The translations under genes and the position numbers were made by a program. Below the pieces are notes generated by a model, which worked only from the letters and a program-made list of their open reading frames with translations, had not been told where the DNA came from and ran no database searches. A DNA stretch of 64,000 bases from an uncultured Candidatus Poseidoniales archaeon (GTDB taxonomy: Archaea > Thermoplasmatota > Poseidoniia > Poseidoniales > Poseidoniaceae): assembly GCA_964526385.1 (NCBI GenBank), contig CAZGJD010000004.1, forward strand, positions 10,010 to 74,009. The letters run 5' to 3'. Numbering within the stretch: position 1 is the first letter of the stretch; each line of letters opens with the position of its first letter. Shown here piece after piece: positions 30,123 through 38,786 of this stretch.

Positions 30123-30195
30123 AAATAACCGCCTGAAAATTAGTATATGAAATAATGTATCAAGTCGGTCAATATTTATTACAAAAAACCTCGAC

Positions 30196-31212
30196 TCAGC
30201 GAAGCATTTTGCTATCTCTATCACTCCAAAGTTCTAGCCATTTTTGCAAGTTGTTTTCTTTATCTGTTTCGATCAACTCACGACTAGATCCATCTGCAGG
30301 TTGTATGCGACATCCGCAGGCGTTTGCATGGCCTCCGCCAGTCTCATCAAGAAGTGTAGCCAACATAGACAAATCGTAGGGATTATCTTCTCCTCTGAAT
30401 GAGTTCGCATAGAATGATGCACCCAGTGCTGGGTAATTTGGATCTGAAATACTACCGTCCATGTATCCATGGATTACGCAACATGCGATTGCCTCAGATC
30501 CTGCGATTGCCGTAACAAGGTATCCGTTACTTCTAATTCCAGTTTCACTCAAATCACATATTGCTAACCTGTTAACAATTCTGGTATTTTCTTTTACGGC
30601 CTTAATCTGAATTTCGCGCTCCCGCAATAAATCGTCGAGAAGTGATTTATGGCTTTCCAAAATCTCTGTTAACGAAATTCCTGAGGCAAACTGATTCATC
30701 ACAACCTCCATGTGCCCGGGGTTCGAAAGAGATAATGAGCGAGATAAGCGAATAACAGGACCGTCCTGCATAAAATCTTCAAGAGAAATTCCGCCAGAAT
30801 CCAACTGGTCAACGATTGGCATTACTTCTTCCAAGTGAGAAAGGTCTAGTTCATTTCTCATAAGGTCATATGCAGCTCTTGCAGCAGATGGCGTGTCTTT
30901 CCAGTGACAAATTCCTCCTCTCTTAACGAATGCAAGTTCCTCTTGTTTTGATGGTTTATTAGTGAGGTGATGGTCTAAATAAAGTCCACAATCCGGATGA
31001 AAGGGTAAATCACAAATTGCAGTATTTTCATCAATCAAATGGTCCACTATTCCTGCTCGAATAAGCGCTGGGTGTGCGAAATGAACCTGCAAACTAGGTT
31101 TGCTTGACTTGAGAACCGCTGCGGCCATCAAACCATCCAAGTCAGAATCCGCGACAACTCTTACGATATTATCGAGGACGGACATATTCTCGTCCAAAAA
31201 TACCAGTTTCAT
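30196..31212 (-). CDS. DHH/DHHA1-family phosphoesterase (NrnA/RecJ-like)
   Basis: Motifs ADSDLDG, LYLDHH, and GGGHANACG (DHHA1). The ORF is open to 31254, so the start is uncertain (31254, 31212 or 31185). Confidence 0.75.
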   Translation of the reverse strand: MKLVFLDENMSVLDNIVRVVADSDLDGLMAAAVLKSSKPSLQVHFAHPALIRAGIVDHLIDENTAICDLPFHPDCGLYLDHHLTNKPSKQEELAFVKRGGICHWKDTPSAARAAYDLMRNELDLSHLEEVMPIVDQLDSGGISLEDFMQDGPVIRLSRSLSLSNPGHMEVVMNQFASGISLTEILESHKSLLDDLLREREIQIKAVKENTRIVNRLAICDLSETGIRSNGYLVTAIAGSEAIACCVIHGYMDGSISDPNYPALGASFYANSFRGEDNPYDLSMLATLLDETGGGHANACGCRIQPADGSSRELIETDKENNLQKWLELWSDRDSKMLR

Positions 31213-31266
31213 GAATATGTTGTTAAAATCGGAGAGCATAAGAATAAGTGACAATCCGATTTGATT

Positions 31267-31680
31267 ATGGAAACCTCATGCGGTGTTGTATTGGTAAACT
31301 TTGGTTCCATCCTACTTTTACAATACCCTCAAGGGCACTGGGATTTCCCCAAAGGTCATGTTGAGTCTTCAGATGAATCAAAAACTGCCACTGCCGCAAG
31401 AGAATTAAGGGAAGAAACAGGCATATCAGAAATTACTTTCATTCCAGAATTTGAATATAGAACCTCATATTCCTTTAGACACAAAGGAAAGATTGTGAAC
31501 AAACAGGTGTTTTGGTTTATTGCTGAGACCGAAACATTGGCTGTAAATATTAGTCATGAACACCGAGAACACCTTTGGTTAGAATGGGAAAGCGCAATGT
31601 CCCAACTGACCCATGAAGAGAGTAAAGGTGTTCTTGCCGCAGTTATGCAACACATGTCAGAAATTGGAAAATTGGATTAA
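31267..31680 (+). CDS. NUDIX hydrolase (Ap4A-hydrolase-like)
   Basis: Nudix box GHWDFPKGHVESSDESKTATAARELREETGI. The ORF track starts at TTG 31261. Confidence 0.8.
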   Translation: METSCGVVLVNFGSILLLQYPQGHWDFPKGHVESSDESKTATAARELREETGISEITFIPEFEYRTSYSFRHKGKIVNKQVFWFIAETETLAVNISHEHREHLWLEWESAMSQLTHEESKGVLAAVMQHMSEIGKLD

Positions 31681-32336
31681 ATGTTCCGACTTTGACGTTT
31701 CGTCATTTCAACTGTTCCTTTGCTCCTTTTTCCCTTTGGAATCCATAACGTTTCTTCTTCTCCTAATCTGTATGAAATCCAGCGTGTCATTACGAATATC
31801 CAATCCGACAAACGATTGACGTATTGTAGCGATAGTGGACGGAGCTCACTCTTCATGCCAACCATTGATCTCTCCAATCTTCGAGCAACTGTTCTAACCA
31901 AGTGTAATGTTGCGATTGGCCCCGATCCTGTGGGAAGTATAAAACTCTCAATAGGACTTAATTCCTCATTCCAGGTGTCCATTTCTTCACATAATCTATC
32001 AGAATCCGCTTGGTCGAGTAATTCCATATATTCAGGTATATTCTCTAACGGACATGCTAGTTCAGCGCCTAAGTCAAATAATTCGCTTTGAATACGACCC
32101 AATGCTGTCCTACAAACATCTTGAACCCGCCTTACTGTAATCCTTTCTCCACCATCGTTGTGCGTCGAGACCAGCCTATTCACTTCCATCAAAACCATTC
32201 CGACAATAGCATTCAATTCGTCGGCTAAACCCACTATCTCAATTCGCGATGTGCTCTTTTCAACCCTGCTGCCATCGACGAGCGAGGTTTCTCCGCCGTC
32301 GCCGGCACCAGTATGTACCTTGGTAATTCGGACCAT
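31677..32336 (-). CDS. ATP:cob(I)alamin adenosyltransferase, PduO type
   Basis: N-terminal ITKVHTGAGDGGETSLVDGSRVEKSTSRIEIVGLADELNA and overall helical-bundle length match PduO/MMAB-type enzymes. Confidence 0.85.
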   Translation of the reverse strand: MVRITKVHTGAGDGGETSLVDGSRVEKSTSRIEIVGLADELNAIVGMVLMEVNRLVSTHNDGGERITVRRVQDVCRTALGRIQSELFDLGAELACPLENIPEYMELLDQADSDRLCEEMDTWNEELSPIESFILPTGSGPIATLHLVRTVARRLERSMVGMKSELRPLSLQYVNRLSDWIFVMTRWISYRLGEEETLWIPKGKRSKGTVEMTKRQSRNI

Positions 32337-32348
32337 AGCTATCCGAAC

Positions 32349-32831
32349 CTATGCTTCAACAAGAGGCCTGCGGCCGTTAATCCCCGTATCCATTGGATGC
32401 CACCACTCAATATCTTCCTCGCCTTGACACCAAGAATACATCACTAGATAACCATCGACAACGCCATGCCATTCCAATAAACCAGGTTCAAAACCAGCAA
32501 TTCTTGCCCCCAAAGATTCCAGCCTATCTCCAATTAACTGCCATTCTTTGACGATATTGCTCAATTGATTCGCTAACTCTTGAACATGTTCATGGAAAGG
32601 AGGTAGGGCTTCAACAATTACCTCTAATTCTTCGGTTAAATCATGAGCATAGTCCTGAAGTGATTGTAATTCAAAAAGTAACTTTTTCGCAATTGGTAAT
32701 TCATTTCGAGCCTCCTCAATTGTTACAACTTTGCATCCTTCTGGAATTGCTAGCAATGCCATTTCATCTAACAATTCTGTTAGACTCATAGGTTGACCAG
32801 CAAGTGGAGGAAGTTGGAGATCGTCATCCAT
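32349..32831 (-). CDS. DUF2203-like protein
   Basis: The pattern TIEEARNELPIAKKLL...coiled coil...LLEWHGVVDGYLVMYSWCQGEEDIEWWHPMDTGINGRRPL resembles the DUF2203 family as I remember it. Confidence 0.5.
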   Translation of the reverse strand: MDDDLQLPPLAGQPMSLTELLDEMALLAIPEGCKVVTIEEARNELPIAKKLLFELQSLQDYAHDLTEELEVIVEALPPFHEHVQELANQLSNIVKEWQLIGDRLESLGARIAGFEPGLLEWHGVVDGYLVMYSWCQGEEDIEWWHPMDTGINGRRPLVEA

Positions 32832-32869
32832 AGTAGCCCACTTTCAATGAGACTTATTCAATTATGTGG

Positions 32870-33154
32870 TTAAATCGTATCAGAAGGTATTGTTTTCTCT
32901 TCGATATTTGAAAAACGGTCTGACAATTTGAAAGCGACTAATACAAGAAGACTAACCCAGACTACAATCTCAATACCTATGACAATCCAAGCAAATATTC
33001 CCATAGAATCAAGAATAATGTTTGCGTCGTAAGGAATTCCATATTTCGCCATGTACACAGACTGTGAAAATAGCGATGCTCCAAACCACACGAAAATAGC
33101 ATACCAACAGATAGTTGTTAGAGGCCAGTCTTCCGCTTGCTCTTCCTTGTCCAC
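32870..33154 (-). CDS. small membrane protein
   Basis: 94 aa with three hydrophobic segments. Confidence 0.45.
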   Translation of the reverse strand: MDKEEQAEDWPLTTICWYAIFVWFGASLFSQSVYMAKYGIPYDANIILDSMGIFAWIVIGIEIVVWVSLLVLVAFKLSDRFSNIEEKTIPSDTI

Positions 33155-33232
33155 GAGATTACATGGTCTTCAAGGATATTAAATGGTTCGTTTTATTGTA
33201 TCAAGATGATAATATTTCGTAATCGAATACTT

Positions 33233-33943
33233 TCATCCATTCAAATCGGATAACGCCGAGTCTATTGTCTGAATCCATTCTGGTGCTATTGCTTCCTCGC
33301 CACCGGATTCTTTCAATCGATTTTCGTAGTGTTTTGCTTCATCCGAGTTGTTCAAAAATTTGTGAATTTTGTGCAGAGCCAACCAAGCCATTGGATTCAG
33401 ATGTTCTTCTTCGAGGTCCCAAGCTTTTTCAAAACACGCAATCGCTCCCCTTTCGTTTGTAACTTGCCCTTTTTGTAGTGCGAAAAGACCCGCTTTTGAC
33501 CAAGCAAGTGGAAGCCTTCCTATCAGTAACCCTCTGAAAACCAGCCATACCTGGCAAAGACCAATTACAACTATCATTAGGAATGCAAAAATTTCCTCTA
33601 ATGTAGATAAATTTGGCCATTGATTTGACATAAAAGCCGTCACTGCTACAGAAAAAAGAACTCCTGCGAATGGAGCAACTATTACTTCCTCCCTAGTGAC
33701 TAGCATATTTCTTACTCCTCTAAAAAGCCCAAAAGACCCAAGTGTCAACAAAACCGCAATGTGTGCGTTAACACTTGTGGGGCGAGGTGCTGTTTCACCG
33801 ATTGCAAACAAAAATGCGATAATTATCAAAATGAAACCAAATCTTTTCGAAGGCCCAGGGAAAGGTTGTCGAGGGCTTAGTAGCAATAGGCAGACTGCAA
33901 CGGAGAATTCCAAAAGTAAGAACCACCATGTCTCCATAACCAT
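33233..33943 (-). CDS. membrane protein with C-terminal TPR-like soluble domain
   Basis: About 6 TM segments, then IACFEKAWDLEEEHLNPMAWLALHKIHKFLNNSDEAKHYENRL. Confidence 0.5.
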   Translation of the reverse strand: MVMETWWFLLLEFSVAVCLLLLSPRQPFPGPSKRFGFILIIIAFLFAIGETAPRPTSVNAHIAVLLTLGSFGLFRGVRNMLVTREEVIVAPFAGVLFSVAVTAFMSNQWPNLSTLEEIFAFLMIVVIGLCQVWLVFRGLLIGRLPLAWSKAGLFALQKGQVTNERGAIACFEKAWDLEEEHLNPMAWLALHKIHKFLNNSDEAKHYENRLKESGGEEAIAPEWIQTIDSALSDLNG

Positions 33944-33972
33944 TCCTAACCATTTTAATTATTGATACTTTG

Positions 33973-34386
33973 TTAGTCCTTATGGTATGAACTGCCTTTC
34001 AAAATTTCAGATGCTCGGTATAATTGTTCAACTAAGATTACCGATGCTAACTCATGTGGAAATGTTAATTTTGATAGAGAAATTTTCTGATTTGGAAGTC
34101 TCTTTGGAAAACCGCTTGCAGGCCCAACTGCGAGATTAACGTCATCTGATGATAATTGCCAAGCCTTAAACTTTGTAGCAAAATTTCGAGAAGTCAAAAA
34201 GTCGCCACCCTCATCCAACAATATTGTGTTTTCACTTAGTTTTTTTAGATATTCAGTTGGTGTCAATTTCGAATTATGATACTCAATTTTTAATTTATTT
34301 CCAAGCCTTTTGGAATAGTCATCAATCAATTCTGACATTCTCTTGTCTGAAGGTTTGCCATGAAGATGAACGATTACGCGCCCCAT
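33973..34386 (-). CDS. rlmH: SPOUT methyltransferase RlmH (23S rRNA pseudouridine N3-methyltransferase type)
   Basis: The C-terminal LSLSKLTFPHELASVILVEQLYRASEILKGSSYHK closely follows the RlmH signature (..LS.LT.PH...R..L.EQ.YRA..I..G..YHK). Confidence 0.8.
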   Translation of the reverse strand: MGRVIVHLHGKPSDKRMSELIDDYSKRLGNKLKIEYHNSKLTPTEYLKKLSENTILLDEGGDFLTSRNFATKFKAWQLSSDDVNLAVGPASGFPKRLPNQKISLSKLTFPHELASVILVEQLYRASEILKGSSYHKD

Positions 34387-34782
34387 GTCCCACCCAACAC
34401 GTTCACCCCCAAGACTATTGACATCGACCCTTTAGAAGCGATAATGGGATGGTGGCCATTCGGGAGAAAATCTCACAGCAGGAAAATTCCTGATGTAATT
34501 AGACGAGATACGCGTACTTGGTTAACTGATTTGCAAGAACTTTGTGAAAAAAATTTCGACAACCCTGAAGAGGCACGGCGACAAATCAGACAAATGGCCA
34601 ATGAATGGAAAGACGCTAATGCACAAGGAATAATGGATGATTCGTTATTTGAGGGGCTAAATATGCGGGCATACAGGTTACTGAATTGTAAAGATGATGA
34701 ATTTAGCGAATGGTTGGATAACCTCAGTTTTTGGAAACCTGGCTGGCGGCCAGAAGGACTTAACAATACGGATGAATCATGA
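34360..34782 (+). CDS. hypothetical protein
   Basis: 140-aa charged/helical ORF. It is preferred over the Ser/Leu-rich antisense ORF at 34473-34880. The start may be downstream of 34360, which overlaps the rlmH 5' end. Confidence 0.4.
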   Translation: MKMNDYAPHVPPNTFTPKTIDIDPLEAIMGWWPFGRKSHSRKIPDVIRRDTRTWLTDLQELCEKNFDNPEEARRQIRQMANEWKDANAQGIMDDSLFEGLNMRAYRLLNCKDDEFSEWLDNLSFWKPGWRPEGLNNTDES

Positions 34783-34805
34783 AGGAGACCTATTTGGCGT
34801 AATCC

Positions 34806-35498
34806 ATGGGGAGCACTGGGAAGCTGCACATGTTGTACACTTGCCCCTTCTGTTGGAAGGTAAGAAGCCTCCTTGAGCACTTGGGCATAGAATATGAAGC
34901 GGTTCAGGTAAATCCGATGAAAAGCAAGAAATTACCAAGCGCGCCAGAATGGAAAAAGGTTCCAGTTTGGGTTGATTCAAATGAAAATATTCACGTTGAT
35001 TCTACACCAATAATGAAAGAAATTGATTCGGTACATAATGCAGGTAAACTATGGAAGAACGATGATGAAAATCGCCGTGACAAGTGGATGAACTGGGTAG
35101 ATACAAAACTTTCAAAGGCCACAATACCAATATTATACGGTTCCATTGGATCTGCACTAATCACAACAAGAAAGGTTTCAAAATTAGAAAATTTTGGTTT
35201 CTTATCTAAGAGGATATACGCATGGGCAGGGTTCCCAATAATGTGGGGAATCATTGCGAGAAAGCGTGTCAAAAACGATGGTCGAACTCCGAAAAAATTG
35301 TGGCACGACCTGTTGACAGAATGGACAAATTCATTTGATGGAAAGACATTTTTTGGAGGAGAAGTACCTAACTTAGTAGATATTGCGGCCTTTGGATATG
35401 TTCGCTCAATCTCTCCCTATCCACAATTTTCTCAAATTGAAGAACACAAAAATGGCATGGAGTGGTATAGAGCCGTCGAAAAGACAATGAGGGTTTGA
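34806..35498 (+). CDS. glutaredoxin/GST-N-domain protein (PGES2-like CPFC thioredoxin fold)
   Basis: N-terminal LYTCPFCWKVRSLLEHLGIEYEAVQVNP...VPVWVD, followed by a GST-C-like helical region. Confidence 0.6.
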   Translation: MGSTGKLHMLYTCPFCWKVRSLLEHLGIEYEAVQVNPMKSKKLPSAPEWKKVPVWVDSNENIHVDSTPIMKEIDSVHNAGKLWKNDDENRRDKWMNWVDTKLSKATIPILYGSIGSALITTRKVSKLENFGFLSKRIYAWAGFPIMWGIIARKRVKNDGRTPKKLWHDLLTEWTNSFDGKTFFGGEVPNLVDIAAFGYVRSISPYPQFSQIEEHKNGMEWYRAVEKTMRV

Positions 35499-35499
35499 A

Positions 35500-36321
35500 A
35501 TGACGTCAAACAACGGGTCTCTTGACCTGAATTTGCTCCCAATCAACTCGTGTAAAATATTCCTTGGAACAAACAAGGGTGGATGGGTCCACGCAAATGA
35601 ACGACCTAGGCATCAAGTATCTCTGCCGGCATTTCAAATCTCAGGCGACATAATCACCAAAAAACAATTCAACTCAGTTATGGGAATTGATGGCTCCGTA
35701 GAAGGTTATCAAGACATGGTTACAACGGATATGATAGCAGATTTCTGCAATAAATTGTCGACTGAATATCAACACGAAGTCAGATTACCATCACAATCTG
35801 AATGGGAAGCTGCTAAGCAGAATTTGCACCTACCTCCCGGCTGGACTGAACTATTAGCTGATGAGGCAACTGGCAATCACAGAGGAGCTACTTTGGACGG
35901 TAGGCCAAGAACTGGAGAAATGATTGGCCCACTATCAGGGCACAGGACCTCCCAATCGGCCCATCCAACAAAAAAAGGAATCTACGCGAAAGTCACAACT
36001 CCGGGTGATAGGCCTCTTCCAAAGGTTGGTTTCAGAGTCGTAGTTTCTCCAGTCCGTACAGGGGAAGTCAAGCGTGTTCCTGAAAATGCAAATCTTGTAA
36101 CCAACATTAAAAGCGAAATTTTTTGGATATCACTTATTGGAATTATTCCAAGTTTCTGTATCCCAATTATCAGGGGCTTTGGCTCGTATGCTATTGATGG
36201 TTGGGCAAACCTCCTATTCGGAGGGTTGTGTGTTGGTTTTGTTTCGGGAGCATTTTGGAGGCCAAAAAGACCCACGTGGTATCTTGACGAAAACGACCAA
36301 ATCATTCAGATGAAAGATTAG
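35500..36321 (+). CDS. possible SUMF1/FGE-like domain protein with C-terminal TM helices
   Basis: Only weak resemblance (LPSQSEWEAAKQ, GFRVV). There are two C-terminal hydrophobic segments. Confidence 0.35.
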   Translation: MTSNNGSLDLNLLPINSCKIFLGTNKGGWVHANERPRHQVSLPAFQISGDIITKKQFNSVMGIDGSVEGYQDMVTTDMIADFCNKLSTEYQHEVRLPSQSEWEAAKQNLHLPPGWTELLADEATGNHRGATLDGRPRTGEMIGPLSGHRTSQSAHPTKKGIYAKVTTPGDRPLPKVGFRVVVSPVRTGEVKRVPENANLVTNIKSEIFWISLIGIIPSFCIPIIRGFGSYAIDGWANLLFGGLCVGFVSGAFWRPKRPTWYLDENDQIIQMKD

Positions 36322-38611
36322 CCCAATAAGATTCTTTTCTGATTGCGTCCAATGCACAGATAGCTGCCATGTTCAGTATATGCCTTACACCATCTGCCCT
36401 CGCCAATAGTTGAACAGGCCTATTCAATCCATCAAGAATGGGCCCAGTCATTTCAGCATCTCCCAATTTTTCTAATAATTTGTAAGCGATATTGGCTGAG
36501 ACTAAATTTGGACAAATCAATACATTTGCCGGTCCATCAAATTCCATGAAAGGATATTCTGTTTGGACATCCATATCCAGAGCCGTGTCTGCCTGCATTG
36601 GTCCATCAATAATCAAGGATGGGTCCATTTCTCTAGCCAATTCAACAGCATCTTCAATTCTCTCCGAACGTTGACTTCTACTGCTACCAAAATTAGAGAA
36701 TGATAACATCGCTACTTTGGGCTCAACGCCAAATCTTCTAGCCACCTTTGCTGTTTGGACTGCAATGTCAGCAAGAGCCCGGCTATCTGGGTATACGTTA
36801 ACTGTAGCATCGCCTAAGAAAATCAATCTTCCCTTAACTACCATCATGTAACAACCTATTGCGCAGTGACTGTCTTCATCTGAACCGATGACTTCTAAAC
36901 AAGGTCGCAAGACATCCGCATAATTTCTGCTTACCCCTCCCAAAAATCCATCAGCATCTCCAGATTCTACCATCTGCGCTGCAAAATATGACCTACTCTT
37001 GAGGAGTCTTTGGGCGTCGACAATTGTCATTCCCTTTCTCGATCTATTTTCAAATAAGGCGATATCATAATTTCCGATTCTTCGCTCGTCATATCTTGGG
37101 TTGATAATTTCGCAGTCAATCTCTATACCTAGTTCATCCATTTTTGTTTTGATACTGTCTATATTTCCAAGCAATATAGGTTCGCATATTTTTTGCTCCA
37201 TACATTGGGCAGCTGCTCGAATGACTTTTTCGTTATCACCCTCTGGAAATACAATTTTCTTTCCCTTTCCTTTGACTTGATTGAATACTCCTCGCATCAC
37301 TGAATATGACATTCCAAGTCTCGCTTCCAATGATTCCCTGTATCGTTGTTTGTCAAATTCTTCTAGACTAAGGGCCGCTATCCCTTCATTAACCGCGGCC
37401 TCTGCAACATCTGCTGCTTCCCAAATCAGCACCCTTCTATCGAATGGTTTCGGAATAATGTATTCCGGACCATATTGCATTTCTTCACCAGCATAAGCGT
37501 GAGCTATGTAATCTGGAACTGGTTCTTTAGCAAGGGCCGCTAAAGCTTTGGTTGCAGCCATTTTCATACCTTGAGTAATGTCTCTAGCCCGTACATCCAA
37601 TGCACCTCTAAATATGTAAGGAAACCCAAGAACATTGTTTACCTGATTTGGGAAATCTGACCTTCCTGTTGCGATAATTGCGTCGTCACGTACTGCAAGT
37701 ACTTCATCAGGCATAATTTCTGGAGTTGGATTTGCTAGAGCAAATATTATTGGTTTGGGAGCCATTTTTGAGACCATATCACCTGTAACTAATCCGCCTC
37801 TTGACAATCCAAGAAACACGTCTGCGCCGACTAGTGCATCTGCTAAATCTCCTTCAGGCCTGTCTGCCGCATAACGTGCTTTGTATTCATTTAACTCGCC
37901 TGCTTCTAATCGTTTTTTTGTCATGATACCTTGGGAATCACACATCAAAATATTATCTATATTCACTCCTAATGCCACATAGTGGTTTGCGCAAGCTATT
38001 GCTGAAGCACCAGCACCGGCAACTACTACCTTGATTTGTGAAATGTCTTTTTCTTGCAGTTCTACAGAATTTAGTAATGCGGCTCCAGATATTATGGCTG
38101 TACCATGTTGGTCATCATGCATAACCGGGATATTAGTAGCTTCAGCGATACGCCTTTCGATTTCAAAACATTCTGGAGCCTTTACGTCCTCGAGATTAAT
38201 GCCGCCGAAAGTAGGAGCGATATTACAAACTGTTTTGATGAATTCTTCTGGGTCCTCGGTATCTACTTGAATGTCGAAAACATCGATATCTGCGAATGTC
38301 TTCAAAAGTAATCCTTTTCCTTCCATTACAGGTTTGGATGCCAATGCACCGATATTACCCAAACCTAACACTGCGGTGCCATTTGATATCACGGCAACTA
38401 AGTTCCCTTTTGAAGTGTAACGATAAGCGTCATCAGGATTTTCTGCAATTTCAAGACAAGGATAAGCAACTCCCGGAGAATATGCTAACGATAGTTCTTG
38501 GGCTGTTGAATGAGGCTTTGTTGGAACTACCTTGATCTTCCCTCTAGGGTTAGATTCATGATAATCTAAGGATTCTTTTTTTAATGTATTTTCACGCCAA
38601 TCTTGATCCAT
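36302..38611 (-). CDS. maeB: NADP-dependent malic enzyme with C-terminal phosphotransacetylase-like domain
   Basis: LSLAYSPGVA, FGGINLEDVKAPECFEIE, VVAGAGASAIA. The 769-aa two-domain MaeB architecture is present. Confidence 0.9.
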   Translation of the reverse strand: MDQDWRENTLKKESLDYHESNPRGKIKVVPTKPHSTAQELSLAYSPGVAYPCLEIAENPDDAYRYTSKGNLVAVISNGTAVLGLGNIGALASKPVMEGKGLLLKTFADIDVFDIQVDTEDPEEFIKTVCNIAPTFGGINLEDVKAPECFEIERRIAEATNIPVMHDDQHGTAIISGAALLNSVELQEKDISQIKVVVAGAGASAIACANHYVALGVNIDNILMCDSQGIMTKKRLEAGELNEYKARYAADRPEGDLADALVGADVFLGLSRGGLVTGDMVSKMAPKPIIFALANPTPEIMPDEVLAVRDDAIIATGRSDFPNQVNNVLGFPYIFRGALDVRARDITQGMKMAATKALAALAKEPVPDYIAHAYAGEEMQYGPEYIIPKPFDRRVLIWEAADVAEAAVNEGIAALSLEEFDKQRYRESLEARLGMSYSVMRGVFNQVKGKGKKIVFPEGDNEKVIRAAAQCMEQKICEPILLGNIDSIKTKMDELGIEIDCEIINPRYDERRIGNYDIALFENRSRKGMTIVDAQRLLKSRSYFAAQMVESGDADGFLGGVSRNYADVLRPCLEVIGSDEDSHCAIGCYMMVVKGRLIFLGDATVNVYPDSRALADIAVQTAKVARRFGVEPKVAMLSFSNFGSSRSQRSERIEDAVELAREMDPSLIIDGPMQADTALDMDVQTEYPFMEFDGPANVLICPNLVSANIAYKLLEKLGDAEMTGPILDGLNRPVQLLARADGVRHILNMAAICALDAIRKESYWANLSSE

Positions 38612-38786
38612 AGCGTTCCCTCAAACTCATACTCGGCAACATGAAGCGTTTGACCTTTGTGTGGTTTTTTGAAAAAATAATGCGATATGGCTTATCAAAA
38701 TACATCACCGTATCTCAAAATTTGATGATATTTTATCTCACAACCATGACACGACTTCAAATACCATTGATTGTGAATTGGTCTCT

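Noticed and set aside
30151-30160. Another AATAATGT core match, in the MMPL/DHH spacer.
   Set aside because: It shows that the 8-mer core alone recurs by chance in AT-rich spacers. Only the full 12-mer pair inside the cassette is treated as noteworthy.
34473-34880. 135-aa minus-strand ORF overlapping the 34360-34782 plus-strand ORF.
   Set aside because: It is Ser/Leu-rich with shadow-like composition. The plus-strand product is charged and helical and looks more protein-like, though it is itself only a 0.4-confidence call.
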